Origin: an uncultured Gammaproteobacteria bacterium
GTDB lineage: Bacteria > Patescibacteriota > Microgenomatia > CAYSOG01
DNA: 64,000 nucleotides
Assembly (NCBI GenBank): GCA_964432675.1
Contig: CAYSOG010000006.1
Location: 1,824-65,823, forward strand
Direction of reading: 5' to 3'
Shown: one piece after another, positions 29,304 through 40,053 of the stretch
Layout of the letters: each line of letters starts with the position of its first letter
Position numbering within the stretch: the stretch's first letter is position 1
The notes under the pieces: model-generated
What the model was told of the DNA's origin: nothing
The model's input: the letters and a program-made list of their open reading frames with translations, nothing else
The model's database searches: none
Made by a program: the position numbers and the translations under genes

Positions 29304-29624
29304 ATGAAAGCTTCGATCCACCCACAATATAATGAAAGTGTTACCGTCACCTGTTCATGTGGCAATACATTCGTCACGGGCTCAACCAAGGATAAAATCC
29401 ACGTTGATTTATGCTATATGTGCCATCCGTTTTATACTGGCACCCAAAAATTGGTTGACACTGAAGGCAAGGTCGAAAAGTTTACCCGCCGACGAAAAGT
29501 TGCCCAAGAAAAGCAGCAAGTGGTCATTGCCAAGAAAAAATCAGAAGAAAAAGACCGCGCCGAACGGCCTTCAACTCTTGCAGACATGGTCGCAGCAATC
29601 CGCAAGCAACAAAAAGCCTCTTAG
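29304..29624 (+). CDS. rpmE: 50S ribosomal protein L31 with C-terminal basic extension
   Basis: 'MKASIHPQY...CSCG...[12 protein letters not shown]' L31 signature with its zinc ribbon. Confidence 0.85.
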   Translation: MKASIHPQYNESVTVTCSCGNTFVTGSTKDKIHVDLCYMCHPFYTGTQKLVDTEGKVEKFTRRRKVAQEKQQVVIAKKKSEEKDRAERPSTLADMVAAIRKQQKAS

Positions 29625-29714
29625 ATTATTACTCCAATACTGACGTCCATCATATGTGAGATAACTTTTTTGTACTATTTGGCACTGGTATTAGGTATCA
29701 TGTATTAAGCATGG

Positions 29715-30713
29715 ATGCTATGCACCTCGAACCTAATAAGAAAGAATAAGGCGATGGATTATTTACAAGAACAGATTTTAGCAATTGAAGCAAAGATTGC
29801 AGAAACAACAGCACTACTGACCGATCCGCAAATGGCCACATTAGCGCGGGATGAACTATCGCGGCTTGAAGCCGAAAAAGCCGCCTTATTGCAAGCGCAG
29901 CAAAGCGTGGCACAAAGTGTCCAAAGCGCACAAAATGCGGAAAGCCACACTGCAACACTCGGTGCCATTATCGAAATCCGCGCTGCTGCTGGTGGTGACG
30001 AAGCAGGATTATTTGCCAATGAGCTCTACCGCATGTACGTTCGGTATGCGCAAGCGAATAAATGGCACATTGAAGAAATCGACCGCAGTGAAGGCGGTAT
30101 TGGCAACCTTAAGTCGGTAACGGCAAAGATTTCAGGCAAAAATGTTTACGACCTGCTGCAATACGAGTCAGGTGTTCACCGTGTGCAACGAGTGCCACAA
30201 ACTGAAAGTTCAGGGCGTATCCACACCTCCACAGCCACTGTTGCAGTGCTTCCTATTATTCCTGAAGCCCAAATACATATTAACCCGGAAGATATCGAAT
30301 TTGAGTCATTCCGCTCCGGTGGCGCCGGCGGCCAAAACGTTAATAAAGTTTCAACCGCAGTCCGCCTAAAGCATATACCAACCGGCATTGTCGTTGCTTC
30401 GCAGAGTGAGCGTTCGCAATCGCAAAACCGGGAAATTGCCTTCGAAATACTCCGTGCCAAGATTTTTGCGATGGAAGAAGAAAAAAGGCATGCAAAACTG
30501 TCGGAAGAACGCCGTGCCCAATTAGGCACCGGTGACAGAAGTGAAAAAATCCGAACCTATAATTTTCCCCAAGACCGTATCACCGATCACCGTGTTGGCG
30601 TATCTTTCCATAATATTGAAAGCATTTTAGACGGCAATATTGCTACCCTCATTAAAACAGTTAAAGAAAAAATCGAAAGTGGCGAAGTAGTAGAACTGAA
30701 TAATGAAGATTAA
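29715..30713 (+). CDS. prfA: Peptide chain release factor 1 (likely start at 29753, 'MDYLQE')
   Basis: GGQ motif '[12 protein letters not shown]'. RF1-type '[10 protein letters not shown]' tripeptide region. Confidence 0.9.
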   Translation: MLCTSNLIRKNKAMDYLQEQILAIEAKIAETTALLTDPQMATLARDELSRLEAEKAALLQAQQSVAQSVQSAQNAESHTATLGAIIEIRAAAGGDEAGLFANELYRMYVRYAQANKWHIEEIDRSEGGIGNLKSVTAKISGKNVYDLLQYESGVHRVQRVPQTESSGRIHTSTATVAVLPIIPEAQIHINPEDIEFESFRSGGAGGQNVNKVSTAVRLKHIPTGIVVASQSERSQSQNREIAFEILRAKIFAMEEEKRHAKLSEERRAQLGTGDRSEKIRTYNFPQDRITDHRVGVSFHNIESILDGNIATLIKTVKEKIESGEVVELNNED

Positions 30714-31620
30714 GGAAGCCATAACTACCGGCGAGAAACTGCTGGCGCCAATTTCTAATGAAGCAAGGCTTGAAACAGAATTGCTATTGGCTTTTGTTTT
30801 ACGCCAAGACCGGATAGCATTACTTACCTCATTAGACAAAATACTGGCACCTCGACAACAACAAAAATTTCACGAGCTGCTGCTGCAACGGTTACAGCGC
30901 TTACCGCTTGCCTATATAATTGGCAAAAAAGAATTTTATGGCTTAACATTTACCGTCACAAACGCAGTTTTAATCCCCCGACCCGAAACCGAACTTTTAG
31001 TCGACAGTGTACTTGCTTGGATAAAACAGCAACAAATGCCGGAAAATGGCTGGCATATTGCTGACATTGGCACAGGCAGCGGCGCCATCGCGGTTAGTTT
31101 TGCTTGTCATCTTCCCGACGCCACGATTTTTGCAACGGACGTTTCAACCCGCGCTTTACAAATTGCCAAGAAAAACGCACAAAGGCATCATGTTCTAGGA
31201 AAAATACACTTTTCAAAAGATCAGTTGATGCCTTTACCTTCAGGTTTTACCCTTACAAAAAATGGACCAAAGCAACTACAAGAAAATAAAAATGTTTTTG
31301 GGATGATTGATATTGTTGTTGCAAACCTGCCTTATATTCCGACCAGTCATATCAATGCACTTACCCCGGAAGTTTCTGAACACGAGCCAAGGTTGGCACT
31401 CGATGGCGGTATAGACGGGTTTGTACTCTATAGAAAACTACTAGACCAAATTGCCGATCTTCCACAAAAGCCAAAATTGGTTGCCTTTGAAATAGATAGC
31501 AGTCAAAGCGCCATTGCAAGGCAAGCTGTCTCGAAAGTGCTGAATGGCCATAAATGCACTATTATAAAGGATCTTCAAGGATTAGATAGGATTGTTATGG
31601 TAGAAACAAGAAAAAAATAA
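30703..31620 (+). CDS. prmC: Release-factor glutamine N5-methyltransferase
   Basis: 'VANLPYIP' NPPY motif and '[11 protein letters not shown]' SAM-binding motif. Overlaps the prfA stop. Confidence 0.85.
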   Translation: MKIKEAITTGEKLLAPISNEARLETELLLAFVLRQDRIALLTSLDKILAPRQQQKFHELLLQRLQRLPLAYIIGKKEFYGLTFTVTNAVLIPRPETELLVDSVLAWIKQQQMPENGWHIADIGTGSGAIAVSFACHLPDATIFATDVSTRALQIAKKNAQRHHVLGKIHFSKDQLMPLPSGFTLTKNGPKQLQENKNVFGMIDIVVANLPYIPTSHINALTPEVSEHEPRLALDGGIDGFVLYRKLLDQIADLPQKPKLVAFEIDSSQSAIARQAVSKVLNGHKCTIIKDLQGLDRIVMVETRKK

Positions 31621-31646
31621 GGCAGGCGTATTGTTGTACGCCTGCC
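31621..31646. terminator. Hairpin terminator (GGCAGGCGTA/TACGCCTGCC) between convergent genes
   Basis: Perfect 10-bp stem flanked by A-runs on both sides. Serves the minus-strand gene and probably prmC as well. Confidence 0.55.
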
Positions 31647-31734
31647 TAAAAAATGGACGAATGAAAAGGGTTGCACCCAAAAGAAATAGTAAGCCCAAAG
31701 CCTAAAATGGGCTAACATTTTCAAAAAAGCGACA

Positions 31735-32076
31735 TTAAGCCGTAGCAGCCAATAACTGCGGTTCTGGAGCAGCCAAAAGTTCAGAGAACCGTTTCCAGGC
31801 ACCCAAGGAGGGTGTTGCAGCCAGGCTCATAAGCTGTTTGAACAGTGCCACATAGTCAGCCTTAATCCACACGCCATAATAATCTGGCAACTGATGCCCG
31901 TTGACATTGGTAATTTTGTCTTCAATGTGCATCGGCACAGTCCCAATTGTTTTGATATGCTGCACAGTAAAATCGGGTGACGATTCGAGTTGCACATTTG
32001 TCTGCCAGACATAATGCTCGCCGCCTTCGACGATATCAGGGTAGATCGCACTATAGTCAATCATTTTGTGGCACAT
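31735..32076 (-). CDS. Hypothetical protein
   Basis: 113-aa ORF with protein-like composition. No recognisable domain. Confidence 0.4.
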   Translation of the reverse strand: MCHKMIDYSAIYPDIVEGGEHYVWQTNVQLESSPDFTVQHIKTIGTVPMHIEDKITNVNGHQLPDYYGVWIKADYVALFKQLMSLAATPSLGAWKRFSELLAAPEPQLLAATA

Positions 32077-32348
32077 TATGCCCTCCTTTTTGTGCTGAAG
32101 CCTACATCTGCGAGGTAATCATGAGCACTGACAAAATTGCCTGAAGCTTATTAGCTGGAATGATATATCGCTCTTTCTCCTATTTAAAGTGCTCGAAAAG
32201 CAGTATGCCTTTTCATCTTCCTTTTACGTATCAGTATACTCTGCATTGCAATAGATTAAAATACCTTCAGGTTATTTTTAATCTACTTCGGTCAATAGTA
32301 TAGCAGAACTATACCTATATTTCAACTACTATGGGATTTCAGTAAGTA

Positions 32349-33539
32349 CTATTGGTTCGGGGCTTCTTGGAGAGTAGCTTGGGTGTCCTGGCTTTGGCCA
32401 CTCCGGTAATACGTAATCGTTATCTTATCGCCTACCTTGTGCTTGCCAACTAATTGGGACAAGGAATTTGAGGAATCGACACCTGTACCATCGACCTTTG
32501 TAATAATATCATCCGGCTTGAGGCCAGCCTTATCGGCAGCACTTCCTGGTACAACATCATTAATATACGCACCCTGTGGTACATTATTTAAGATCGCCGT
32601 TCGCTGGTCAATAAGCGTATTAGACACGCCTAAAAAAGGCTGGCTAAATTGGCCACCTGAATTAAAACGGTTAACCGAATCCTTGACAGTATTAATCGGA
32701 ATAGCAAAACCAATATTTTGGGCGGTTGAAGATGTAGCAACGTTAATGCCAACAACCTTGCCATCAATATCCAAAAGTGGGCCGCCAGAATTCCCTGGGT
32801 TAATAGCGGCGTCGGTTTGGATTAAGTTATCAAGCGTCTCTTGGTAACCACCGAACGGATCACCAGCCTGCACTACCCTACCCAAACCTGATATAACCCC
32901 AGTTGTCACCGTATTATTAAACTGGCCCAAAGCATTCCCAATGGCAATAGCAAACTGGCCAACTTGGATTTGTGATGAATCACCTAATGCTACCGGAGTT
33001 AAATTGGAGGCATTAATTTTAATAATTGCTAAATCGTTTTGTGGGTCGCGATAAATTTTTTGAACATCATATTTCTTACCGTCATTTGTGACAACTTCAA
33101 ATTTTGCATCAGAACCGGCGGCGGCAACAACATGCTTATTAGTGACAATTAATCCGTCACGGGTAAGGACAAAGCCTGTGGCAATACTTTGCTCATTTGG
33201 TGAACCGGAAGCGTTTGGTTGCTGAAAACCAAAGGGCCCAAACAACCGCACTTGCGGTTGGCTTGATTGTAAAACGCTAATTGAAACAACCGAGGGCGAA
33301 ACCGTCTTAACGACGTCAATAACGGCTGATTGCTCATTTACAATTTCCCGCCGAGTTTGTAGCGTTGGCTGTGAAGAACCAGAAAGCTTCATCCAATTTT
33401 GGCCAAGTTTCGTACCCTGAAGGAGTGGGAGTTTTGTAAGGGCAAACCCAACTAAAAGAATGATAATCAACACAACCACAATCGTTGCGGTCTTGTTGGT
33501 ATTTGGCCGTGGTTGAATTATTGTGTCTTCCTTTTCCAT
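32349..33539 (-). CDS. htrA: HtrA/DegP-family serine protease with PDZ domain
   Basis: 'GNSGGPLLD' active-site motif. N-terminal TM helix. C-terminal PDZ domain. Confidence 0.85.
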   Translation of the reverse strand: MEKEDTIIQPRPNTNKTATIVVVLIIILLVGFALTKLPLLQGTKLGQNWMKLSGSSQPTLQTRREIVNEQSAVIDVVKTVSPSVVSISVLQSSQPQVRLFGPFGFQQPNASGSPNEQSIATGFVLTRDGLIVTNKHVVAAAGSDAKFEVVTNDGKKYDVQKIYRDPQNDLAIIKINASNLTPVALGDSSQIQVGQFAIAIGNALGQFNNTVTTGVISGLGRVVQAGDPFGGYQETLDNLIQTDAAINPGNSGGPLLDIDGKVVGINVATSSTAQNIGFAIPINTVKDSVNRFNSGGQFSQPFLGVSNTLIDQRTAILNNVPQGAYINDVVPGSAADKAGLKPDDIITKVDGTGVDSSNSLSQLVGKHKVGDKITITYYRSGQSQDTQATLQEAPNQ

Positions 33540-33617
33540 GAGTATTTACTGAGTATTTTAGAGAGCAATTCTTAAAAATTGCTGAGAGATCTGAATTGTC
33601 CGTTTTCCCGGAGTGTA

Positions 33618-34985
33618 TTATTTTATCATGGTCTTGACTACTTCTATCGCTTTATCGAGTTGCGGGTCTTTGCCTGCCTTGGTGTCATCGACTGTCATCG
33701 TAACTTCTACGTCTGGCTTTATACCCTTCATGTGTACCCAGTAGTCGTTTGGCATAAGCCAACGTGCTCGTGTAATATGGATGCCACTGCCCTTATCTAA
33801 CTCCTCAACTTCTTGGATAGTCCCCTTGCCAAAGGAGGTTTCCCCCACTAACTTGCCACGATTGTTAGCGGATATAGCACCTGCCAGAATTTCCGCAGCG
33901 GAAGCCGAACCTTTATTAATCAGCACAACAACTGGCACTTGCAATAACTTACCTTGGCGGACCGAGGTAAATACCTTTTTGGAACCATCACTGTTTTCCT
34001 GTTTAACAATTGTCCCGTTCACAAATTCAGAACCGATATAAATCGCCGACTCAAGATATCCACCAGGGTTATCACGCAGGTCTAAAACGATTGCCGAAAC
34101 ATTTGATTTTAAGGCCTGGTCAACAGCATCATCCCATTCACTGTTTGTCTGGTCACCAAACCGCGATAACTTAATATAACCGATATTGCCTTCTTTTTTA
34201 GCAAAGGTCACACTTTTAACGTGTATTTCTTCCCTCGTTAGGTCAACCGTATATGGCTTATCGGCACCGGTCCGGTAGAGTTCAAGGGTAATATGGCTCC
34301 CTTTTGGCCCTCTTATCTTATCAACAGCCTCGGGCAAAGATATACCGTCTGTTGCTTGACCACCGATCTTAGTAATATAGTCACCTGCCAAAATACCGGC
34401 ACGCTTGGCTGGCGTATCATCAAGCGGTGACATAACGACAAGGTTGTTATCTTTATATCCAAGTTCAATACCCACACCCTCAAAGTTACCGCCTAAGTCA
34501 TCCTTTGCCTGTTTGTTCTGGTCGGGGCTTAGGAAAGTTGTATACGGGTCGCCCAGCGAAGAAACCATGCCCGAAATTGCGCCATACATCATTTTTTGGG
34601 CATTAACTTTGGACTTATCAAAGTAGGTGTTTGCTAAAAGGTCCCAAACTTCCCAGAATTCCGAAAAATCAACTTGGCTTGATATATGGCTTGGGGTAGT
34701 GCGGTTTTTGACATCATTCGAACCTACAATATTTGGGTATGCCCCTGCCGAACTCGGATGCTGCTGCCCGTACCGCACACCCGAACCAAATGACAATATC
34801 ACAATCACAATCAGCATACTAATACCGACAACCCGGCTCGTGGTAAATCGCCAAATATTACCAAAGAAAGTCTTGGGTGAGCCCTGCTGCAAAGGCACTG
34901 TTTCTGGTGTGGAAGATGCAATCGGATTTGGATTATTGTTTGTAATTTCCATCTTTTTTAATAGTGTTTTACGATATTGCCTCAA
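33618..34985 (-). CDS. ctpA: S41-family C-terminal processing (tail-specific) protease
   Basis: PDZ domain, 'GSASAAEIL' catalytic Ser region and 'DLRDNPGG' motif. Confidence 0.85.
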   Translation of the reverse strand: MRQYRKTLLKKMEITNNNPNPIASSTPETVPLQQGSPKTFFGNIWRFTTSRVVGISMLIVIVILSFGSGVRYGQQHPSSAGAYPNIVGSNDVKNRTTPSHISSQVDFSEFWEVWDLLANTYFDKSKVNAQKMMYGAISGMVSSLGDPYTTFLSPDQNKQAKDDLGGNFEGVGIELGYKDNNLVVMSPLDDTPAKRAGILAGDYITKIGGQATDGISLPEAVDKIRGPKGSHITLELYRTGADKPYTVDLTREEIHVKSVTFAKKEGNIGYIKLSRFGDQTNSEWDDAVDQALKSNVSAIVLDLRDNPGGYLESAIYIGSEFVNGTIVKQENSDGSKKVFTSVRQGKLLQVPVVVLINKGSASAAEILAGAISANNRGKLVGETSFGKGTIQEVEELDKGSGIHITRARWLMPNDYWVHMKGIKPDVEVTMTVDDTKAGKDPQLDKAIEVVKTMIK

Positions 34986-36171
34986 GATTTTGTAACGGTA
35001 CTGTTAATTCTTGCATTGTGGTGGACTTTTTTTCAACTGCCGCTGCCTCTGTGGCCTGGCTTTTTTCAGCATTAAGAACAACTGTCGCTGTATATGCATT
35101 TATACCCGAACCCAAAAGTTCTTGGCGCGTGGAAATCTTTTTAATTTTTCCTGTTTTCCCAAAAGTATTCGCTTCAAGTATTCTAACTAAAAGGCCAGGG
35201 CTTGCTTCTACTGTTGCTGCTGCTTTGACCGTCTGTGCCTGCAGTTTCGCCGCAGCAACAAGTTCTTGCTGCTGAATAGGAATGGTTAAACTTGCTGCGT
35301 TCCCATCGATTATAGCATACCGGCCATTATAAGTTGAAAGCATTGCAAAGTGCTCAAGTCCAATACTAACAGTACCAAAACCTTCGGTGACAATAATAGA
35401 TGTACCAACATCGGTAGCCTGTGTTTCTTGTGGCACTTTCATGCCCATGGCTGCAGCATCGCGCAAGTGGATACCGCCTGTTATTATCCCGCTCGCATGA
35501 AGCATGATCGCTTTTTCCAGTACACCATGGTCGACCAAAGAACCGCCGACAATAATACTGTTTTCCAGTCTCTCATCCATTTTTTGGGGTAATAAGAAAT
35601 CTGAGGCTTCGCAGGCCAACGTGATCCGGCCTTGGCGCTTCTTACCTGACCCCATAACACCATACAGCACAGCCACTTGCGTTTCGATGACAACCGTAAC
35701 TTGGCCTTTAGCAAGCGCCGTATCTTCCGTAACCGCAGCGTGTTTGGTCGTATTTTTGTTAATAGCTTTAACAACGCCCCAATAAAGTGATGACTGGGTC
35801 ATGTGCTGCGGAAACATCCTAATCATGACGTCGCCGTTGTCGTCTATTGATTCGATAATACCATCAATTGGCGCTTTAAATACTTGGTGTTTTAACGAAA
35901 AGAACGTCGATTGTTTGGCAATAATCTCGCCGGTAAATACTTTATCACCCACCTGTTTTTTGATAGCCTTTTTAAATGCGCTACCTTTGGCATGGATACT
36001 ATCACCAACATGGAATATTCGAAATCCCCAGGATACATCGTAATCCGCCAAGACCGTTTCAGGTACAACCGCTTGGCCTACACTGACATGGATCTTCGCA
36101 GAATCCGGAAAATCATATTTAACCGTCTCTTTTTCTTTATATAAAATATCTTGGCGGAGTGGAATTTTCAT
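34969..36171 (-). CDS. Hypothetical protein (400 aa) co-transcribed with ctpA
   Basis: ORF overlapping its neighbours. No recognisable domain. Confidence 0.5.
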   Translation of the reverse strand: MKIPLRQDILYKEKETVKYDFPDSAKIHVSVGQAVVPETVLADYDVSWGFRIFHVGDSIHAKGSAFKKAIKKQVGDKVFTGEIIAKQSTFFSLKHQVFKAPIDGIIESIDDNGDVMIRMFPQHMTQSSLYWGVVKAINKNTTKHAAVTEDTALAKGQVTVVIETQVAVLYGVMGSGKKRQGRITLACEASDFLLPQKMDERLENSIIVGGSLVDHGVLEKAIMLHASGIITGGIHLRDAAAMGMKVPQETQATDVGTSIIVTEGFGTVSIGLEHFAMLSTYNGRYAIIDGNAASLTIPIQQQELVAAAKLQAQTVKAAATVEASPGLLVRILEANTFGKTGKIKKISTRQELLGSGINAYTATVVLNAEKSQATEAAAVEKKSTTMQELTVPLQNLEAIS

Positions 36172-36935
36172 GCTGATTTTTCACCTCGTGGTTGCTCGTC
36201 TTCTATTGTTTTAATCCATGCTGAAACCCGTGCCTTGCCTTGGTCGGTTGGCTGTGGCTTTGCAAATGGCCTACCTCGAGTATCAACCACCATGCCAATT
36301 TCGCCAAAGACCACACTCATGTTGCCTTTTTGTTTCCGGTTAAGGGTTGCTTTACTAAATGAAAATTCGATTTGGGCTTCCTTACCGCTTTGGCCAGCAA
36401 CCCAATGAAGTGTATCCGGTTTTAATGGGACGGTTTGTTTTTCACCGGTTATGAACTGTACTGTCAGTGCATCGTGCGCCATATCCTCATTCCCGTGAAG
36501 CTCACCTTCAATGCACAGGGCTAAACCTAAGTAAACTGTACTATTACCCTGTCGCCTAAAAAATTGGGTAGTGGAAGGCTCAAGGCCATCGAGTGCCACT
36601 AGCACCGCTTCGCGAGCATTTTTGGCGTAGTGAAATATGTGGGGTTCGATAATAATACCTTCGTTTTCAACTGTCACTAAATCGGGAAGTACAAGGGATT
36701 GCGATAAAACGCCTTTATCACCAGTGCCATTCACTTCTTTTGTGCTTGATTGGTTAAGTGACTGACGCAAAGCTGCACGAAGTATGGCGAGGTCAAGCAG
36801 TCGATATTCGTTTGTATTGGGTATGGTATTTGGAAAAAGGGCTTGGTTACCAAAATAATCCTCAATGAAAAATGGTGACGAGGAAAACGGCAGCCAGCAG
36901 GCAATTTCTTCAGCTGGGATGTAGGAAAACTTCAT
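36168..36935 (-). CDS. Hypothetical protein (255 aa)
   Basis: ORF overlapping the downstream gene by 4 nt. No recognisable domain. Confidence 0.5.
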   Translation of the reverse strand: MKFSYIPAEEIACWLPFSSSPFFIEDYFGNQALFPNTIPNTNEYRLLDLAILRAALRQSLNQSSTKEVNGTGDKGVLSQSLVLPDLVTVENEGIIIEPHIFHYAKNAREAVLVALDGLEPSTTQFFRRQGNSTVYLGLALCIEGELHGNEDMAHDALTVQFITGEKQTVPLKPDTLHWVAGQSGKEAQIEFSFSKATLNRKQKGNMSVVFGEIGMVVDTRGRPFAKPQPTDQGKARVSAWIKTIEDEQPRGEKSA

Positions 36936-37027
36936 GTACTTCTAGTATACTATGGCCCGCGTTAATGTGTGCAATGCCGATTGACAATTGTCGTTGCGTG
37001 CCAGATGGAAAATCCGCTATCGAAAGC

Positions 37028-37279
37028 TTAAATCCTGGAAGTATACGGCAAAAGCGCCAGAAATCGGGCGCGTTTAAGCGCAGTTGTTAATTGGCGCTGG
37101 TGGCGGGTACAAGTACCCGTACGTTGTGAACCAATAATTTTGCCACGCTCAGATAAAAACCGTTTCAAACGCACAGCGTCTTTATAGTCCGGCAAAATAC
37201 CCTCAGTGCAAAACATACACACCCTATTGCGCAAAACTCGTTTTGTATTAGCTTTTCTAATCATAATAATAAATCTCAA
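37028..37279 (-). CDS. rpsR: 30S ribosomal protein S18
   Basis: '[25 protein letters not shown]' S18 signature. Confidence 0.9.
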   Translation of the reverse strand: MRFIIMIRKANTKRVLRNRVCMFCTEGILPDYKDAVRLKRFLSERGKIIGSQRTGTCTRHQRQLTTALKRARFLALLPYTSRI

Positions 37280-37359
37280 AGGTCAAAAGTACAGATCAAA
37301 GTTATTGCCCATTCACTCTTCCGTTAACTGGCAAATAGTGTTTCCCCTTTCCGTTTTCT

Positions 37360-37899
37360 TTAGAACGGAATGTCGAGGTCGTCGATATCGATGTCTTCGA
37401 CTTTTTTAGGTTCTTCTTTCTCACCTGCTTCGTCTGTTTTTTCTTCTTTCTTCACCGCTTTTTTCTTGTCTTCCACCTTGGCCTTGGCTGGTTCTTCTTG
37501 GCTTTGGGCAACATCATCGGCAAATGATTTATCTGCCATCTCGGCCAAATCAGCAGTTTCCCCAGATTTTGGCGACAAGATCATCATGTCTTCGATAACA
37601 ATCTCGGTTGTTGAACGCGGTTGACCATCGGGCGTTTGCCAGCTGCGGGTTTGCAATCGGCCTTCAATGTGAATTTTCGTGCCTTTTTTCAATAATTGCG
37701 AACACAACTCGGCCAATTTATTCCAGGCAACCAAACGGTGGAATTCTGTTTCCTCCCGCTTTTCACCGTCTGTAACATACGTTCGGTTTGTAGCAAGACC
37801 GATCGAACAAACCGGCGTACCGCTTGGCGTATAGCGCAATTCAGGATCACGCGTTAAGTTACCGATCAAAAATACTTTATTTAAAGAACGTGAAGCCAT
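37360..37899 (-). CDS. ssb: Single-stranded DNA-binding protein
   Basis: OB-fold N-terminus 'VFLIGNLTRDPELRYTPSG' and acidic tail ending 'DDLDIPF'. Confidence 0.9.
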   Translation of the reverse strand: MASRSLNKVFLIGNLTRDPELRYTPSGTPVCSIGLATNRTYVTDGEKREETEFHRLVAWNKLAELCSQLLKKGTKIHIEGRLQTRSWQTPDGQPRSTTEIVIEDMMILSPKSGETADLAEMADKSFADDVAQSQEEPAKAKVEDKKKAVKKEEKTDEAGEKEEPKKVEDIDIDDLDIPF

Positions 37900-37949
37900 A
37901 TCGTAAGTCCCCTTTCATATCTCCTCGGCCATTAGCCGAGTACGGCAAA

Positions 37950-38330
37950 CTATATATTGGTAACGCTTGGTACAGTTGCTGCCGTTGGCCGCTGCCCAAA
38001 CCCTTTGGCTTTCTTAATCTTGCGCTTTAATTGTCGCGTGATTAGATGCCGAACAATTGTCGGGTCAATCTTTAACTTATTTTCTAGTATTAAAATAGCG
38101 GTGGGATCGGCTTGAAAATATAAGAGGTAATAAACTCCACTTGTCTTTTTCTTGATTGGAAAAGCGAAATCACGCTTGCCCCAAACTTCAAGTTCACCTG
38201 GTTCGCCTTTTTGGGCTTCAACCAGAGCCTTAACGCTTGCGACGGCTTTTTCCCGCTTCTCTTCTGACAAATCGGCGTCAACAATAAATGCCAACTCATA
38301 ACCTTGCATAATTTTGTCCTTTCCTGTCAT
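37950..38330 (-). CDS. rpsF: 30S ribosomal protein S6 (likely start at 38311, 'MQGYELAFIV')
   Basis: S6 N-terminal 'YELAFIV' motif. Canonical rpsF-ssb-rpsR order. Confidence 0.85.
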   Translation of the reverse strand: MTGKDKIMQGYELAFIVDADLSEEKREKAVASVKALVEAQKGEPGELEVWGKRDFAFPIKKKTSGVYYLLYFQADPTAILILENKLKIDPTIVRHLITRQLKRKIKKAKGFGQRPTAATVPSVTNI

Positions 38331-38562
38331 GTACCATGGACGCTACTCAAAGCGGCCATATAGATATAGGTACATCGAACTATTTGGCATTGTAAACTAT
38401 TTTTGGCAGTTTTGCAAGGCCAAGTACAAGTGTGCAATATTATAGATCTCGCTACTGTATCGGGATAATCTCCCTCTCAAAGTAATGCAGCCCACTACCA
38501 CAATTGAAATAGGCCAAAGTGGATTTTTGTGTTTTTTTGAAAAACGTTACCAGACCCTATAG

Positions 38563-38591
38563 TTGATTTCAAGCTGGTGCGAGTGTAAAAT
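38563..38591 (+). promoter_or_regulatory. Sigma70-like promoter TTGATT-17-TAAAAT for the paralog cassette
   Basis: TTGATT at 38563-38568 and TAAAAT at 38586-38591. GGAG RBS before the ATG at 38656. Confidence 0.5.
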
Positions 38592-38655
38592 GGCCAACAG
38601 AATTAGGTAAACGATTAATCGTTTACCAGCACATTTCATTTATGGAGTTTCTCAA

Positions 38656-38988
38656 ATGTCTGGTACGTTGCAACGCATTATCCAAGCTCCGAATCGTAGG
38701 GTTGAACTTAAGGCGTTTGCCGGTTTCCCTAATGCTATTGAACTTAATTGCTATCGGTATGTCATTTCAAAAGCTGTTCGTTTTTGGACAGACTGGCAAC
38801 ATCTCGACTACACACTCATTGAATTTCCCAATGGCAACGATCCTAATTGGGACGAGACAGCAATAAGAATACGCAATATGCTGACAAGGTCATATGGTGT
38901 AGGCGCTTCCACCACTCGGTTATTCAACCGTATTATGGAAGCACTCCACCACTCAGAAGACCTCTTCGAGAATAAGGCGTCATCGTGA
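38656..38988 (+). CDS. ORFan paralog family member 1 (110 aa)
   Basis: Shares the motifs 'QRIIQAPNRRVEL', 'EFPNGNDPNWD' and 'NRIMEALHHSEDL' with the next two ORFs. Confidence 0.6.
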   Translation: MSGTLQRIIQAPNRRVELKAFAGFPNAIELNCYRYVISKAVRFWTDWQHLDYTLIEFPNGNDPNWDETAIRIRNMLTRSYGVGASTTRLFNRIMEALHHSEDLFENKASS

Positions 38989-39338
38989 TCGACCACTTTT
39001 CAAAGACCGACCCAAAGAGTACTATTGTTAAGCGAACTATCCAAAGTCCATATTGCAAGGTCCAGCTGCAATTGCATCCGAACGTTGAAAATACGCTGGT
39101 ACTCTATTGTTATCGTACTACCTGGGGCTTAAAAACGAATTGGGAAGATTGGACGCTTGCAGACCAGTTACTCGTAGAATTTCCCGATGGACAAGATCCA
39201 AACTGGGCTATTGTTGCAGTTAATGTCCGAAAAATGGTCAGCAATGCCATAACAACTACAATATCAGTCTCACGCATTACCAATCGAGTTATGAAAGCCC
39301 TCCGCAGTTCCCAAGATCTCATAGAGAAACGGGTATAA
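38985..39338 (+). CDS. ORFan paralog family member 2 (117 aa)
   Basis: 'KRTIQSPYCKVQL', 'EFPDGQDPNWA' and 'NRVMKALRSSQDL'. Start overlaps the previous stop (ATGA). Confidence 0.6.
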   Translation: MIDHFSKTDPKSTIVKRTIQSPYCKVQLQLHPNVENTLVLYCYRTTWGLKTNWEDWTLADQLLVEFPDGQDPNWAIVAVNVRKMVSNAITTTISVSRITNRVMKALRSSQDLIEKRV

Positions 39339-39369
39339 ACCTGACGATTGCTTTGCAAAGGAGTGTACT

Positions 39370-39711
39370 GTGGGAACAAATACCCAGCGTATTGTCCAAA
39401 ATCCCTATTACAAAGTCGAGCTTCAACGTGCTCACCTTCAAAACGCTCGCGGTGATGGATATGATATCGCGATTCAGCTTAAGTGCTACAAAACTGTACC
39501 ACCTTATAGTACGGGACAACCCTGGAAAGATTGGGAACTCATGTCATTGGAGTATATAGAATTTCCTAATGACAATGAGCCTGACTGGGACCACATCGTA
39601 CCGGATGTACAACGTGGACTTCATTTTCAGCTTAGAAAAAATGCCGCTACAACACGCTTTATCAATCGTGTTATAAGTACCCTTCGCAATTCCCAAGACC
39701 TTATCGCATGA
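39370..39711 (+). CDS. ORFan paralog family member 3 (113 aa, GTG start)
   Basis: 'QRIVQNPYYKVEL', 'EFPNDNEPDWD' and 'NRVISTLRNSQDL'. AAGGAG RBS 8 nt upstream. Confidence 0.6.
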   Translation: MGTNTQRIVQNPYYKVELQRAHLQNARGDGYDIAIQLKCYKTVPPYSTGQPWKDWELMSLEYIEFPNDNEPDWDHIVPDVQRGLHFQLRKNAATTRFINRVISTLRNSQDLIA

Positions 39712-39745
39712 ATATCCTGTCCAAACGCGCGAAAAGGAGAAGGTA

Positions 39746-40042
39746 ATGGATATACGGTTGGAAATAAAGCCCAATAAAGCAAGTGCTGACATTAATAAAC
39801 TCAGCGATACAATTGACGAGGGAAATTTTGACGCAGTCGTTGTTAGCGTGGATGATGACGAGAATACGTCTACGCTAGTCTTTAAGCAAGGTACAAATGG
39901 CACATACACTGTCGAAGTTTATGCGCGTGCTGCAGAATGGACCCTTACCGTCATTAAAGCGCTCATCGGTTTTTACGGTTTTGACATTGTCTCAGAGGCC
40001 GAATTTGACTTCTTAGATGGGAAACAATCACCAAATCTTTAA
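39746..40042 (+). CDS. Small acidic hypothetical protein (98 aa), last gene of the cassette
   Basis: AAAGGAGAAGG RBS upstream. Unrelated to the three paralogs. Confidence 0.5.
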   Translation: MDIRLEIKPNKASADINKLSDTIDEGNFDAVVVSVDDDENTSTLVFKQGTNGTYTVEVYARAAEWTLTVIKALIGFYGFDIVSEAEFDFLDGKQSPNL

Positions 40043-40053
40043 GGTTTCATTTC

